From Phyllobates terribilis (taxonomy: Eukaryota): a DNA stretch of 64,000 bases. The position numbers and the translations under genes were made by a program. Where the stretch lies: assembly GCF_046119375.1 (NCBI RefSeq), contig NW_027362768.1:327856001-327920000 (forward strand), in the 5' to 3' direction. Shown here piece after piece: positions 62,350-64,000 of the stretch (the stretch's first letter is position 1; every line of letters begins with the position of its first letter). The notes below the pieces were generated by a model. The model was given only the letters and a program-made list of their open reading frames with translations. It searched no databases and was not told where the DNA came from.

Positions 62350-62645
62350 AAAAAGGTGCATAGGAAAAATAAAATAATAAAATGCATAGTAAAAATAAAA
62401 TAAAAAGATATATAGGAAAAAATAAAATAATAAAATGCATAGAAAAAAATAAAATAAAAAAGGTGCATAGGAAAAATAAAAAATGTATAGGAAAAATAAA
62501 ATAAATAAAATAAAAAAGAGGCATAGAAAAAATAAAATAATAAAATGCATAGTAAAAATAAAATAAAAAGATATATAGGAAAAAATAAAATAATAAAATG
62601 CATAGAATAAAAATAAAATAAAAAAGGTGCATAGGAAAAATAAAA
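62350..62645. repeat. AT-rich low-complexity tandem repeat
   Basis: AAAATAAAATAATAAAATGCATAG-type units. Confidence 0.8.
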
Positions 62646-64000
62646 TTAAAAAAGTTATGGCTCTTGGAAGGTGCATAGGAAAAATTAAAAGCGAAAAGGA
62701 ACCTACTAGGACCCTGGAGGCTGCCATTTATATAATTATTTACATGCATACAATAAAAGCATGCTCCCCCATACAGCATATTCAGCTCTGCTACACTGTG
62801 TGAGGATGCCCAGCCTGTCTAGTCTGGATGATGTGAGCCTGCATCCTATATACAGCCCAGGCTCCTATAGGACCGGACAGAGGCATCAGCGCCGGTTCCC
62901 GCAGTGTCACTGCCATCTAGTGGCGGTCAGTGGTAAATTCGGTCGGCGCACTCGCTGCTGTCGCTGCTCGTCTGATCTGATCCATCGCCTTTAATGAGAG
63001 TGCGGCAGTTCCGGGTCTGATCCCGCAGTGAGATCCCGGCAGTGAGATCCCGGCACCAGCTGGAGGATCCTCCGAAGCCAGGGCCGGGTAGGTGATCGGC
63101 TGCCTCCGCTGTCCGCCTCAGTCCTGGCCGTGTAGGAGGCGGTGATCGCTGGGTGTCACTTTGTATCCTGTCAGTGTCACATTGTGCTCCATTGTATCAC
63201 TGCTCCACCATCATCACCACGTCCCATCTGCTGCCCCACTTCTCAGCCTTCCTGCTGGGTTATTGGGGTACATGTCACCCTGTGTCGCTATGGCATTGTG
63301 TAAGACCTCTGCTATCCGGCTGTCGCTTCTCTGAATCCGTGTCGTGTCCTTGTACGGATCCAGTCCCCCGTTCATGATCGCCGCTATTTCCCCCAAAAGG
63401 AACCTTTTTATTTTGCATCTCATGCGCTCATCTATCCGCAGCCAAAAAATAAGGAGAAATGTCTGAACTTTTGGTCAAAAATTGGCGCCAGTTTTGGTGG
63501 AATATTGAGCGCAGATTTTTTTAATTTATTTTTTCCTATTTTATATTTATGATAAATTTCTGATTTCGGCTCCATGGTCTAAAATGGGGAAAACACAGTT
63601 CATGGATCTGACATTGGACCCGCAGGCGATCCGACGAGCCGGCTAGAGCGGACCTTTATTTCTTCATTACAGATTATTATTATACAGCTTGTATTGTGCG
63701 TCCGGTCATATCCCCCCCCCCTATCATGTGGCCCCCGGTATATATATTCTGGGCCGCCTCCAGGGCCCCTTTCTATTTCTATCTTTTTTATTTTTTGGTC
63801 TATGTTGTTGTTTTTTTTGTAGTTTTTAATCATCATTTTGAGGTCCATACGACTTTCTGATCCCTTTTTAATATTTTTTTTTTGGACTGGGAGGGGGGGG
63901 GGTGATGTGACTTAATAATAGTAATGCTGCTATTTTCATTTTTATTTACCGTATGGAATAATATTCTAATATTTTAATAGTTTGGACAGTTACTCTCGGG

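Noticed and set aside
62218-62779. Hydrophobic F/Y/L-rich ORFs resembling membrane proteins
   Set aside because: Reverse translation of an AT-rich low-complexity repeat

Overview
Vertebrate genomic DNA, most likely a frog (inferred from the TTAA-flanked T2/Kolobok-type MITEs, Tc1 and hAT elements and gene divergence). It holds three host genes. (1) The last 12 coding exons of filamin B (FLNB, + strand, 257-21423, about Ig repeats 18-24). (2) A two-exon SPMIP1/ATP6V1FNB-like gene (+, 26615-28793, 180 aa). (3) A complete 8-exon DNASE1L3 (- strand, 50455-31922, 288 aa), convergent with the other two as in the FLNB-DNASE1L3 synteny. The most unusual content is one LTR-retroelement family present four times. 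There are two full elements (41155-45956 +, 51583-55894 -) and two solo LTRs (12353-13426 -, 59426-60445 +), all with TG..CA ends and 4-bp TSDs. The full elements have a tRNA-Ser PBS and a PPT but no recognisable RT, protease, integrase or CCHC Gag. Each instead carries one ORF ending in a cold-shock domain (CSD), intact in the young copy and frameshifted in the older one. The LTRs also carry a PBS-like motif, and three of the four insertions sit inside tandem repeats. Also present: degenerate Penelope/retrozyme-type hammerhead motifs, a nearly intact Tc1 DD34E element, hAT and T2 MITEs, an interstitial telomere-like array, and 28-bp and 31-bp minisatellites. All alignments and counts were done by eye; no database searches were run.
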